NCBI RefSeq assembly: GCF_001194135.2
Contig: NC_068982.1
Location: forward strand, 47,420,495-47,484,494
Reading direction: 5' to 3'
DNA: 64,000 nt
Source of the DNA: Octopus bimaculoides
Lineage: Eukaryota
Translations under genes and position numbers: made by a program
Notes under the pieces: model-generated
Told to the model about the DNA's origin: nothing
The model's database searches: none
Seen by the model: the letters and a program-made list of their open reading frames with translations, nothing else
Shown here: positions 1-13,629 of the stretch, piece after piece
How positions within the stretch are numbered: position 1 is the stretch's first letter
Layout of the letters: each line of letters starts with the position of its first letter

Positions 1-224
1 ATTATTTTAGTATTTTTTTTTTGTTAATTTCATTGTTTTTTTTTTGTTTTATACTTAGGAAAGGAAGAGCATGAGTTAACTTATTACTTGTACACATGTT
101 GGGGAGAAATCTTTTGAAAGACAAAAAACATCCTTGGAGGATCTATATTATTATTATTCCAACACACTTTGTTTGTACCATGTATTTATGTCTGTGTAAG
201 ACTGAGCAGGAGAGAGGAATATGT

Positions 225-263
<39 letters not shown>

Positions 264-1156
264 TGTATATATGAGAGAGAGAGAGAGAGAGAGAGTGAGG
301 AAGGAAATGTATATTCAAATTAAACTTGTTTATAATAAACAGAATCTGAAAAGAAAATGTAAAAAGAAATTGGTTTCACTTTAAGCCTATCTTTCACTCT
401 CTCTCTCACTTTTTAATTAATATTATTCTTTCTTCATTTTTTGAGCATGTATGTAAAAATTAGCTTTCTCTTGAGACTAGGAAAAAAAAAAAAAAAGAAG
501 GGAGTTGGAACTGGAAGAGGTGTAGGAATGGACCAAAAAAAAAAAAAATACCATCACAGAATGAGTTGGAAGTTAAATACTGACAACCAGTCGGAGAAAT
601 AAACATACATTTACATACACACAACTCACACACATACACACACAATTCTGTAAAAAGATATTTTTTTTTCTTTTATAGATTTAGTGTATGCATTAAATGT
701 ATGAAACATAAGATAGCTTAACTGTCTTTCAAAAACTACTCTGCTCAGCATTAGGTAACCCAAATAAGATTTTTGACAGAGCAAGATCTTGAGAGAAATT
801 TGCAATCACACCTTCACTCTTGCTTTCTGTTGTTTTTTTGTTTTTGTTTTATATTTGAACAGTTAAAATTACTTAATGCTTTTTTTTTTTTACTACTTTT
901 TCTTTTTTTCCTTTTACTTTTAGCATTATATAGGAAAGAACAGGGTTTATCCCCATTTTTTGTTGTTTTCTATTTTTCATTTTTTTTTTCCATTTTTTAT
1001 ATGCAAATTTATAGCCAAAAAGTGTTTGGCTGAAGTTTTTAATTAGTGACTTAGTAAATCCAAAGTCCAACAATTAGCTGGTCATTTGACAGTGAAAAAG
1101 GTCTAGAATCGCCATAGCATAAAGAAGGGTCAGAAAAGAAAGCCAAAGAGCCAATG
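1..1156 (-). other. ELL 3' UTR / downstream region with (TG)n and (AG)n microsatellites
   Basis: Follows the stop codon; (TG)n at ~229-260 and (AG)n at ~271-296. I found no canonical AATAAA on the minus strand, so the 3' end is undefined. Confidence 0.5.
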
Positions 1157-1318
1157 TTAGGATCTCATCATAGCCATTTGCTTTTGGTCGTAATCTGAAA
1201 CCAACTTTTTTATATGTCTCAATTTGCGGTGTAGGAATTCAAATCTAATTTTAGTTTCCATAAATTTTGTGTTGTTTTTAGTTAGATCATATTCTTTAAA
1301 TATTTTCCTCTCCAGTTT
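1157..1318 (-). CDS. ELL: ELL exon 12 (KLERKIFKEY...KLRHIKKLVSDYDQKQMAMMRS*), end of occludin/ELL domain
   Basis: Acceptor ttttttttccag, phase 0, 53 codons plus TAA. Too short for, or missed by, the ORF track. Confidence 0.93.
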   Translation of the reverse strand, partial: KLERKIFKEYDLTKNNTKFMETKIRFEFLHRKLRHIKKLVSDYDQKQMAMMRS

Positions 1319-4300
1319 CTGGAAAAAAAAAATAAATAAATAAATGACATGACTAAAAAAAAAATATACTGAAAAATCAGAACAGAAAAAACAGTGAAAA
1401 TTTAAATAAATGAGAGAATAATTTGAATAAAGTCTTTTGTAAAGACAAAAATATTTTTACAGAAATTTTGTAGCAGTCACAAGGCTTTGGTCAATCTGGG
1501 GTTATAACAGAAGACATTTGCCTCAAGATTGCCAAGCAGTGAGACTGAACCTGGAACCAAGTGGTTGAGAAGCAAACTTACCATATGGTCATGCATCATT
1601 ATTATTAATTCAATAAGTATTCTAAATGTCAACTGTATACACAGTAACGATTTACTTGCACTCATAACTTTTTTTTATCCAAGTAAACAATGCCCATCTA
1701 ATGAATCATATTCAATTTGCTTTCGAAATGTAGCAGACTATTTGTGTTCACAACTATTACAGTCCTTGCATTCATTTTATTATTCAGCTGGCTTTTCATA
1801 AATAAAGCCAAGACAGATAATAGTTGTGTTTAAAAACTAAACACTTTTAGCAACAGTACCATTATCACTTCCAAAACTTAAACCATTAGCATTCTGATTA
1901 TTCTGTCACATGTAATAATTAGGCAAACTGATTTGAATTAATCATGCACTATTTCATGTCTTCAAGAATTCAATGACATGATTATTTTTAATATGATAGT
2001 GTAGGTTAGAAGTGAGGGGTCAAATCTGACCTGTTTGAACTTAAGAAAAGTTAACTGGAGTAAAAGTTAAAATAAAAAAAAACAAAAAAACAACAATGTA
2101 TTTTACCTCGTAATCTGGAGACCCCTTTGAGACCTTCTTCATTTGGCTATTCCAATCCAGAAATTTCTGGGAGACTTTGTTAATAGCGATATATAATTGT
2201 TGGTATTCAAAATAGTCGACATTGAAGTCATTTTTATATTCCTGGCGTTGACTATCACGACATATCACAGAATATTTACTGAAAGAAAAAAATTCACAGT
2301 TTAGGAAAACTTGCCTAATAAGTAAATAAAATGAAATTGAAGAAATCTCTAGCAAAAAAAATTTGAGTGAACTGTCAGGTACTTACTTTAGATAGTTAGA
2401 AGTATCATTGTCTGGTGAAGACGAAGGAGAAGGTATTTCTAAAATAATAAATTATACAATCATATAAAATATAAAATAAAATATACAATCAAAACAGGTT
2501 CTCAAATGCTTGCTAAAATAATCAAGTATTTTTAGTTGTAGCTGTTCTTTAGCCCCAGATCAAGCATACTGTTTGTTGGTAAAAAAAATATCCCAGTCAT
2601 AAACATTTTTTTTTCTTCTTTTTCTAGAGAAAGTACCCAAATTAGTAACATTAACTAAAGCCAAAGTAACCTTGCACTTTTAAAGACAGTGAAGTGTGAA
2701 ATGTGAGAGGCAAGGCTGCTATTTTTGGGAGTTAAAAAAAAAAAAAAAATCATACACAAGTACAACTTTCCTCAATAGCAGAGACATTATGACAAACTGG
2801 GACTTTTTTTTAACCACCAGGTACAATTTAAAACAAACAACCAAACAAACAAACAATTGTGTTTAATTTTTAATCACTAAACCAATTTCAGACAGCATTT
2901 AGTAAGATCTGAATAGCAAATGTAGTCCGTGTATTATGGTATTATTAAACTCCAACTCAACCCTGAATTACTTTATGATCAAAAGCATTCCAGCAGTGAC
3001 TATGTCATTTCAGAGGTATTTACCTAACACTACATTAAACAAAATGATTTAAGAGAAATTTAGCTTCTATTTCTAGCAGGGATGAGAAATCAAGCAACAA
3101 GTCCTTGCATATATGAACAAACACATACTTTGCATCTTATTGTGATGGGACTTGTACTCCCCCATACATCAATAAATTAAGTACTAGACATTCTTTCTAT
3201 AAAAGCAAAGAAATAAAATTTAAAAAACAAACAAACAAATCCCAACAGCAACCCCGTAATGTGGAAAACTGAAGTAGAATACATACCTTCATTTTTGCTG
3301 GACACAACAGCTTGATGATCACTGTAGTTGCTTCTAGAATTTTGATGAGTCTGGTTCTGATCAGCTGTTTTGTTCAGGCCATTAGTTAAAATGTTGTTTG
3401 CGACGTTATTGGAAGCTGAGTGGTTTTCGATTTTTGCGGATGGTTTCTTAACAGTCCCGTTCATTTGTTTGTCTCCCAACATGGGAGGTGAAACCCGTAG
3501 TTTCTTTGGAGGATGAAAATTACCATCGACAGCTGAACTGTCAGGCATTCGCTTCTGAAGAATGCAAAATTGCTCAAAATATATCCAGAAATTGAAACTA
3601 GTAAAATGCTTATAACTATTACTATTACTAAGATTACTAAAATAAATAATGAAAGTGAACTAATGTACAGTACAGACAGTAGCAAGAAAATATAAACTGA
3701 GTACTGAATGATACTAACTTGTAAATTGTTTGCCCCATAAGGACTACAGCTAGTAGGCAGGCTGTTATTGTGATGAGGTGATGACTCTTCGGGAGAATTT
3801 GAAGCACTCCGACCATCAGTTGCTATTCTCCTGATAAAGATAAAATGACATGGAATACACTAGGGAAATAATATTTTGGAGTTATATATAGCTATCAGAG
3901 CAATTGATGACAAATATATGTTGCCTGTTGCTCTGAGAATAATCATCCTGTAAAATCCTTTTAAACTACTTAAAATTCCATTTAATAATACTTTACTCTG
4001 AACTTGTATACACACCACCATAATAAACTTTTACAACAAAATGACTAGACTACATGTATTAAGTATGTAAATAGGATAAGTTACTATGATTTTTAAAAGA
4101 AACCTAAAAATTGGTTTCGGTTAAAGCAGTTGAGGAAGGATTAAAAAGTCAGAATTGATAGTGTTTCTATTTACAATACAACAGAAAAACAATGAGCAAT
4201 TTCTTACTAGAAGACGAAAACTAAAGCATTGAAAAATAATAAAATCTTGAAAAATCAAGGCATGGTGTTCAATTAAGTGCTAAGTTTTACAATCTTAACA

Positions 4301-7300
4301 TATAAAAAAAAGATTCCACCATATCATCTTTACCCCTACCCTGCAAGTCAAGACAATTCTATCATTCTCCCAATGACTTCTCCAAAGGGTAAAACTATTA
4401 AAAAAAAAAAAGGAATTCCTGTTTTTCCCAAGCAGTTCAACCCTTTAGCATTCAGATTACTTGGTCAAATGTAATGCTTATTTATTCACATTGTTTTGAA
4501 TTAATCCTACATTATCTTGTAGTTTTTGGATTTTGATGATGCAATTGCTTATTTTTAGAATGACATCACAGGGTAGGCATGAGAGGATTGATCTGGGTAG
4601 TTTTAGTAACATAAAACAATATTCAGGCTGGATATGGCCACTTTAAATGCTAAATATCAATATCAACAAATCCAAGATTGCTATGATTTTGTAACACAAA
4701 ACTCACTTGTTTTAGTGTTCATATTCAAATCTTTTTATGTAGTATCTATCCCAGTGTATAAGATACGCTTATGCATGAGACAGTGTATGAGGAAACATTA
4801 AATTTGTTTTTTCCTACAAATAGGCATGCATCTGATACAATGGCAAATATGGTAGTTCTGTTCCAAGCATCGATTCAATAATGTAAAAGTTATTTTACAA
4901 ATTATTCATTATTCTCAAAATCAAATGAAATGCATACAATGTGTTTCATAAGAAATATGGTAACAAAAGAATTAAAAATTTTGAACTGAGCATTTATAAG
5001 AAAAATAGTTACTGAATGGTTAAAACAATATTTCCTGAAAGAATTTGGAGAAATTGGACAATTAGTAACAATGATGTTGCATGGCATGTGAATGCTATGT
5101 AATTTCAGTTGTTGTTAAGCCCCAGAATACCTATGATTAAAAGCATTCTTGTCATGACTATTGAATCTAGGACTACATTATTCAATGTGCACTTCTCTTT
5201 TTAGGACGACTGGGTGTGATTTACGAAATGCTGGTTGCTATTTCTAGCAAATAGAGTGACTATGCAGAGCTAGCTTTGTTGGCTTACTGGAATTTTAAAG
5301 ACTGAGATGGAAAAGTATTCTGTACTAATGGCAGTCAAGCATAGGCAAATCAGTCCTAAGTAGGCAAAAAGCTTTCACAGAGACGGTGCTGAGCTCATTG
5401 TAGTTGCCAGAATTGAAAGTTTTAGAAAGAAGTGAAGGAGAAAAGACATGTCCAGCAGTCTAGTTCTAACTCTCTTACAGCAGATGTGAAAAGGCTTATA
5501 AATAACAAACCTAATTCAATATTACATTTGCACTTTATAAATTAGCTATGAACGTATAATGAACAGGAAGTACAGAAGTGTTTCTTTTGCAAAAACGTAT
5601 GACTATTCACAGCAGTCAACACATTAATTTTAATACTTCCCATATTTCCTTGAATCAGGTTTAGTTCCAAGCCTATTGACAGAACAGACCCATGATCAAA
5701 GATACAAGCTGTATTTTTTTCTTTCAGTTTTAGTGTGTACAAAACAATATTATAAAAAACTGATCTTCCATTTTCAAAGACAGCATGGTACGAGTTAGCT
5801 GTTATTTCCTGGCAGGTTATTGGCGCTTCATTCTCATGCTGATCTGTTTACTGTGACTGAAGATTTCCCCCTATGTCACTAGTCTGCATGATCAAAAAGA
5901 CATACTTATCAGAGTTGGGGTAAAAACTATATGTTAAATGATTGGTTTTAAGAAAAGCATTTAGCAGTGGAAACCCTGTCAAAGCAGTCCTCTTGTTAGC
6001 TGGATCCTGATGGATCGCCCAACCTATAGAATTTGGACAGCAGATGACAATGAGCTTTCATGGCTTAAATATAAATACCAGCTCGGTGCTTGGTATGAAT
6101 AAGATCACCAAAAGGTGCAATATGAAAGGAGTTCAAATGAACCATCTGCATCATCCTTTAGGTAGGTTTGACAAGGAATGTATCCAATGACAGTACAGAA
6201 CCTGCAATCTGTTCTTGGGGGTGTGGGGTAGGACTTGGAAGCAATCTCAGGAGGGGACAACCATTAATAATTGGGAAAAAGAAAATCTACTGGTGGTTGC
6301 TTCTGATAAGACCCTATGGAGGAGGTGCCTCAGGATTCTACCCACACAACCCTCCCAGGAAGTGGGTGGAGATGAATGGATGCTTGATAGGGTGTTCCCT
6401 GCTCAGTCAGAATGGAGGATACTACAGTCAATTGGTATGAGACGAAAGGAACAAAGAGTGGTTGTGTGCAAGATGGGAGAGGCAACTGAAAGAGCTTCTT
6501 ACTGGCTTTGGAACAAGAAACAGGAGTTCAGCTGGAAGTCAGGAAGAGGTGAGTAGTAGTGATTTGGCTACCTTTGCTGATCCACCAACAGGAAGATGTT
6601 ACGGCTCAGGATGGAAACACCCAATGAACAGTGAATACCATCTGGTGGCATCAGATCCTCCTGGCCAAAAGCTCCATTCATTTTGGTGAGGGAAAAAAAA
6701 GGCACCTCCTTCTAGGTGTTATTAACATACACATAACACACACAATATATAGTGACACGTAAAAGTGCCCATGCTGCGTCATGTAAAGGTGCCCAATACA
6801 ATCTGTAAAGTAGTTGGAGTTTGGAAGGGCATCCAGCTGTAGAAACCATGCCAAATCAGACTGGAGTCTGGTGCAGCTCCCCAGCTCTAATCAAGCCATC
6901 CAACTCATGCCAGAATGGACAATGAACGTTAAATAATAATGATGATTATATATATACACCAGAGAGCTTAGTTAAAATTTGGGGTGGGGTGGGGGAAGAA
7001 AGCAAAATGAAAATTCATACCTATTTAAAATTGCAGGAGTATCAAAATTGTAAAACAACTTACCTTCGAACTAACTGACGCTCCCCGTCTGAGTAATAGG
7101 GCCATTCTAACCGCACTTCACTCAATACGTGTTTGGCCAAAGTATATTTATTATCTTTATATTGTGAGGCAACATCATCTAATATAGATGCTAAACATTC
7201 TTTATCCTTATCAAGTATGCCATCTGAAATTAAAAATTTTTTTAAATTAAAATTTGAAAAGAACAATTGAAAAATAAAGAAAGGAAATACAAATTTTAGT

Positions 7301-10300
7301 TTACAAATGGTTTACTACAACACAGTTTAGTTTTTTTTATTTATTTATTATTATCAAGCAGATCATAACTTGGGTATGGTTAAGAAGTTCACAGTAGAAC
7401 CAAATAATTAAGGGTTTGTTTCCACTGCTGGATGGTGGTCATCTACTATAGCCACAGGCTGACCAATGCAGAAACTGTAAAGAGTCCATCCTGTATGTGT
7501 ATGAGGGAGGGAGAGAGAATGCATGTGTTCCCACCTTGTTTAGGACATCTGCATGCTGATAGGAAAAGCCACCATTCATAGAAGCAGTGTTGTTTTATAA
7601 TATCCCGAATAAATTTTTAAAACATTTGTGCATCGAGCTGTGTTGTTTCAAGGAATAAGGGAATATATTAGCTTGTTTCCAAGCAAGTGGATATCTTTTT
7701 GTCAGCAACAAGAAAAGTATCCAGCCATTGAAAATCTGCTCTTGTGCAAGCAAGGAAAATGCAGGCATTAAAACAGTGATGATGTTAAATGATATTTATG
7801 TATGAATTAGTTAATCATTTAGTTCAAGATTCAAATATTTTAAATGCATTATTATTTATTTAGCAACAACTGAAACAAATTTGAAATCAAAAATAGAAAA
7901 AAAACACCAAAAAAACGTTGTACCTTTTTTCAACCGTAGCAGCAACTCAGCCTTATTATAAGGTCGTAGAGCCAATAAATGAATAATTCTATCACTGAAA
8001 TTAAATTTGAGGAACAAATTATTAGTAACACAGTAGAAAGTAAAAAAAAACAGCTGAAAGACAAACACAGAGTTCCATGCTAATAATGGCTTGGCTGGCA
8101 GGTGAATTAAGGCAGGACGTTTACAGCCATGTGTTCTTCCAATCATCGACCCTTAGCCATTTTACATGAAATCAAAATCAGAGCTAGTGGAGGATTTGAC
8201 AGGATATTTCAACAAACATCAAAACAAAGTAAGGACATGCTCTCTTTCTCTCACCTCTCATACACACATGCATACATAACACAACAGGCTTCTTAAAACA
8301 AACACAAAAAAGTTGACATCATTGTTTGTAGCCCAGTGTAGGTTGCAATCATTCATAGGCATTACACAAACACATAGATATAATTTTATGTCGTGTATAT
8401 AGAAATATATAAAGAGTGAAATTAAATTTTGACACTAACCGATATGGTTCATCAACTATAGCTGATTTATGGGCATTTCTTTTTATGCTGCTCCCTGAAT
8501 GAGAAAAACCAGTTCCAGTATGCGGTGACGATGAAGAGTGTAAAGATGGTAGTCTACTCTGGCTAGAATATCCATTACCAACAGAATTGGAATGACTACC
8601 AGAGTTGCTTGATACCCCAGAGTGGTGGGATAAGTGATGGGAACCATGGCCTGACCATGATTGGTTTATTGCACTTGGAGTTTTATTCAAAGACATAGCA
8701 TTAGAGTTTTTATTGACCTTTTTGTATATGTGGCGCATAAACGACCCAGTTGGCTTGATTTCCTTCGTGCTGGAGCAGAAAAAACAGAAAATGATTTTTA
8801 TTTCAAATAAATATATAATTGTAGCATTCAGCTATCAATTCATAAAGATAAACAACAATTAAAATTAGCCTTCTTGAGGAGTTCCATGTTTAAACCAACC
8901 AGATCTTGCCTATGTGATACATCTACTCTACAATGCCATATTAATAATTAACTATCACATCATCAAAAACATGAAGCTATGAGATGATGCATGATTAATT
9001 CAAAACAACATGAATAGAATAAACAGTGTTACATTTGACTGAGTAATCTGAATGCTAAAGAGCTAAAGTATTCAACTAATGGGGGAAGAAAATGTGTTAA
9101 GTAGACAGAACAAAAGACCTCTTTATGCTCTGGAGAATTACTATCTTTACTATTCAGTCTTTGGTTTGGGAAGAATGATTATGGTGTCAATTGGATTTGA
9201 AACCAGGACAGTAGGACATCAAACTACGATTGATATAGTAAAATATGTGCTTACAACCAATGACCACAACACCTTGAATATGACAATACTGAAGGGAAAA
9301 AAATACTAAAAAATGTGACCTAACATTTCATTTTTTTTTTTCTTCCTTTAATGGACTGATAAGAAAAATCTCAGTTTAATATCCCGTATTTCATATTAGT
9401 ATGGCTAAAGTGGCACGTAATCAAGATAGAAATGATGGCCAGAAACTCTCTCCCTATTGCCAACCCTTAGCTCATTTCTAAGTAAAGCATTTTTTTTTCT
9501 TTTTTTTTTTACTCCAGAGGAATTTGAAAGCATAGAACTACAATTTGTTAGCAAGAAATGTCATTGTCACCATTTGTAGCCATAACTCACTGCAAGTTGT
9601 CATAGACACATAATTTAAAATTAGAAATAGACAATATTAAGAGGAAGAAAAGCCTGAACATTGATAGACATGGTAATAACTCCAGGTAGGCTTCAGTCCT
9701 GATTAGACCCATGCAGTAGAGGTATCAACTAGATCAATAGGGAAAGGACAAAAAAAAAAAAAGCATAATATTTTTAAACTATCCTGGCCAACTCTATACA
9801 TTTCCGGTTTTTAGCTGTTCAAAATGAATAACTGAACGTGTAAAACAAATTCTTTTTCCAGCCAAAGTTAAATGAGTTTTGTGAAGTTGATCGTATGTAA
9901 TTTTAGGAAGGGTATTTCTAGTTTCATGGCCTGTAACAGATGTCAGCTTATGTTCTACACAGAGATGATAAGTAAAATATATTTTAAAAAGGAGCCATAT
10001 TGCTGAATTAAACTTTAAAAAAAACATAAAATTGGAATTTAAATAATTCTAAACAGTCATAACTTAATGGTATTCAAGTATGATTTTTTTATATGTATAT
10101 TTTAATGTGAAAAGAACTGTGCATAGACATGGAACATATGATTCTTAATATAGAGAAAATTTTCACCCCAAGCTGAAACAAGATATTCAATTGCTGTAAA
10201 ATCCCCTTATGAACAGCTATCTACAAGCTTTAGGAATTTCAGCTTACAGTAATTGATGAAATGAACTAAATTAAACTTATTCAAAAGAAACCAATATGTA

Positions 10301-13300
10301 TTGTTTTGCAGCAGTTTAAAAGTTAAGAAAAAAAAAAATATTAACTCACCAAACTTTTTTGCTCTCTTCTTCAGCCAATGTCATACGTTCCTTGGTTGTT
10401 TTGTAGACATCATCAGAAGCTTGCACCACTATCCGCTGAGTCATACAGCCTAATGAAGTTATATGGCTTCCAAATCTATAGGGTATGAAAATATAAAAAC
10501 ATTACTACCACATAATTTAGCAACATGCTTAAAGTTACAGATTTTGGAAATGAATTTAAAAAAAAAAAAAAAGAGTGAAGGAATATCTTTCACCACTAGC
10601 AAATGTAGTTTTCCTAAAGTTTTTCCCCAAAACATTTTGAAGCTTGTTGACACAAACCTCGCTTCTTGAAATGAGTTCTTGTAGCATTTTGAGATATGTT
10701 GCAAGCATATGAAAGAATAAATAATTTAGACATGCTTTTGGCACAAACAAATACAGTAATGCCTTGATATATGAGTTAATTTGTTCCAGGAGAACGCTTG
10801 TAAACCCAGGGTGTTGTAAAGTGGATCCTCGTAAAGTGAGGTATTACTGTGTACCATGTTTGTTTTTGCATGGTGTTATACTAACATATAAGGAAACAAA
10901 CTAAATAGGGAGATGATATAAAAATGTTATGAACAGAGACCTGTCCATAACATTTAACATTATAACACCTATGACAATAAAAATCAGTTGATTAAAAAAA
11001 AAAATAATCTACCCTACTCCATCTAAAAAGGAAAAGCAAAAAACCTCTGATTGCTACCTAAACACCAATTACCAAGAAGGGATGCGTGCATACAGTTGCT
11101 TGGAAATGGTGTCTCCATAAAATTGGAAATATTTCTTAAGTAGGTCTACTACATGACAATTTAGTAAGAGTCAAATATGATAACAGCAATACTCACCTAG
11201 AAGTAGATTGCTCTAAGCAATCAAAACTGCCATTCAGGTCACCCTGTATACTTGATAATGAGAACTGGAATGTTCTATTTTCTCCTCTGAGCGATGGAAT
11301 TTGGATAGACTGTAATGAAATTTCAAAATATTTCAATATTATATTTTGCATTTTTTATATGCTGTAACTAAACTCATCAAAACTAGTGCATTGTAACAAT
11401 ACTTTGTACGGGTTAGGTAGACCAAACAAAATCTTTTAGCAGTGTACATCATTACTCATTGGACTAAAGAGAGCATGCAGGTGAGGGATGATCCCCCCAC
11501 CCATTTCCTGCATGCTCTATTTAGTCCCAATTTGTCCAGTTTCTGTCATAAGGAAAGGGCAGCATGTCTTGAATTAGTGTTTACTTTGATAAATTGAATA
11601 CCAATCCACATTATTTAGAAGACAAAACCTCATTTTTAATTTCATACTTTATTGTGACAATGAATTTATGTTCAAGAACAAGTGTTTTGTTCTTTGCTTT
11701 TGTTCATACCTACATCTTACTGGTGATAATGAAATTAGTTATTTCCATCTGATTAAAATCTCCAAACTCAAACAATCGGAAATACACCAACATGCAAAAT
11801 ACTTGATCAATGAAATATAACTTAGAAAAGAGATACTATTATTAATTTAAATTTTTACCATAATCAAGCTTTTTTTTTTTTTTTTTATCTTACATCAACA
11901 TATCACATAAAAGTGACTAATATTTAACATGAAAAGCATTTGAGTTTACTGATATTTTCTGTACAGAAAGGTAGGAAATGTCTACAGAATAAGCAGATTG
12001 TTGAGAAAATATAGCAGCATACTTTCTAATGTAGCATAAAATGTAAGTTACTCAGAACTATTCCCCCCTCTTCCCGCATAAAACAGTCACTGACTGTAGG
12101 CTCCATTCTTCACTGTTGAGTGATTACAACAGGAAGGGTAACCAGCTGTAAAAACAATTACTGCAACTCCAACAATATACAATATGTTCAAATATTCCCT
12201 CAAACCAACTAGATATAATTACATAACATTCAGAGTTAGCAACAAGGCTATTTGAAAGATAGGTTTTCAATCTAATTTCTTGCTGTGAATTTAGAAAAGT
12301 AGTTGACCTCTACAACAGAAATCAGAAGCAATTATTGAGCAATAAACCAAACTTTGTATCAGACAAGATGTCTCACCAAATTTACCTGCTTCAAGAAACA
12401 AACAATGGAAGAATAAACATAGATTATCCAAGGGTTAATTTTATTTTTGTATATACATGAGAGTATAAGTTTCAAATAAATTGCCAACTCAACCCACCAC
12501 AACAATCATTACCAAAGCTGGAATACAATTATTCAGTTTTTCATTTATTTTATCATTATTGCTGTTGGTGTTATTATCCTTCCTTCATTGTATCAAATAA
12601 CCAATGTTACTATGATAGACAACAGCCATGGTTGCAAGGTAATACTTCTTGAAAGCCATTTTCATTGTTAATGAAAGCTAACAGTTTACTTCACTTATAA
12701 TTGAACAATTGAAGGCAGCATTCATTATTTACAAAATTAAAACTAAAATTAAGCCTTACATATTACTGGAAACTTTTAACTAACACACACTTCTCAGACC
12801 ACAATGAAGTATACTTGCTTAAGGTGCTTCACTTATATTTCAATTTTTTTTTTTTTAAATCATATCTAGGGAGGAGAAGCAACAAACAACTTTCCCCCCC
12901 CCCCCTCCATAACACCTTACTATAACTTAAGCATTCAGTATTCAGATTCCTTTGTCAAGTGTAAAGGCTTATTTATTCACATTGTTTTGAAATAATTATA
13001 TATTATCTAGTAGCTTTGAAATTTTGCTGATGTGATCGTTTATTCTTTGAATGATGCAGTAGGGCAGGTGAAAGAGGTCAGATCTGGTTGGTTTAGACAT
13101 AGAACAGGTAGAATATTTGGGTGAGATATGGTTGGTTGATTTGCTAATTTACTTTATTGCAGGAAGTTTCCCAATTCATCTGACAAATATTACACACACA
13201 CACAAAAAAAAACAAAAAAACAGGCCAACTTAAGTTTCATTCTTCTGAAACCTTCAGACAGAAATCAATAATTGAAGCTAGCAAAAAATTTGTTATTTAA

Positions 13301-13585
13301 CTCTTAACATCCAGCAGGATACAATTCCATAAAGAACCAGTCACTCATATACTACTTGAAACAGTACAAATTGAACCACCCTTGTTTATGAGTTTAAAGG
13401 AAGACATAAGCTATCTAATCTAAGAGAGAAAATTTTTATTTCTTTTATCATTTATTTACATTCAGTAAATGTAACGCTCATGACATTGACCCATGTGTTT
13501 GCCTAAGAATGGAAGTAGAACAGTGAACCTTTTGCAAGTGGTGGTGCAAAAATATGTTTAAATGTGAAGGCTATATATATATATA

Positions 13586-13629
<44 letters not shown>

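Noticed and set aside
96-1073. ORFs in the 3' region (CVCVCV, ERERER, poly-F)
   Set aside because: They are translations of microsatellites and T/A runs with no domain signal.
12023-12145. Possible cryptic exon in intron 2 (ttgtttttacag|CTGGTTACC...; internal AAGAATGG)
   Set aside because: The acceptor is plausible but donors are weak, all three frames hit stops, and the ATG cannot be joined in phase to exon 3. No independent support.
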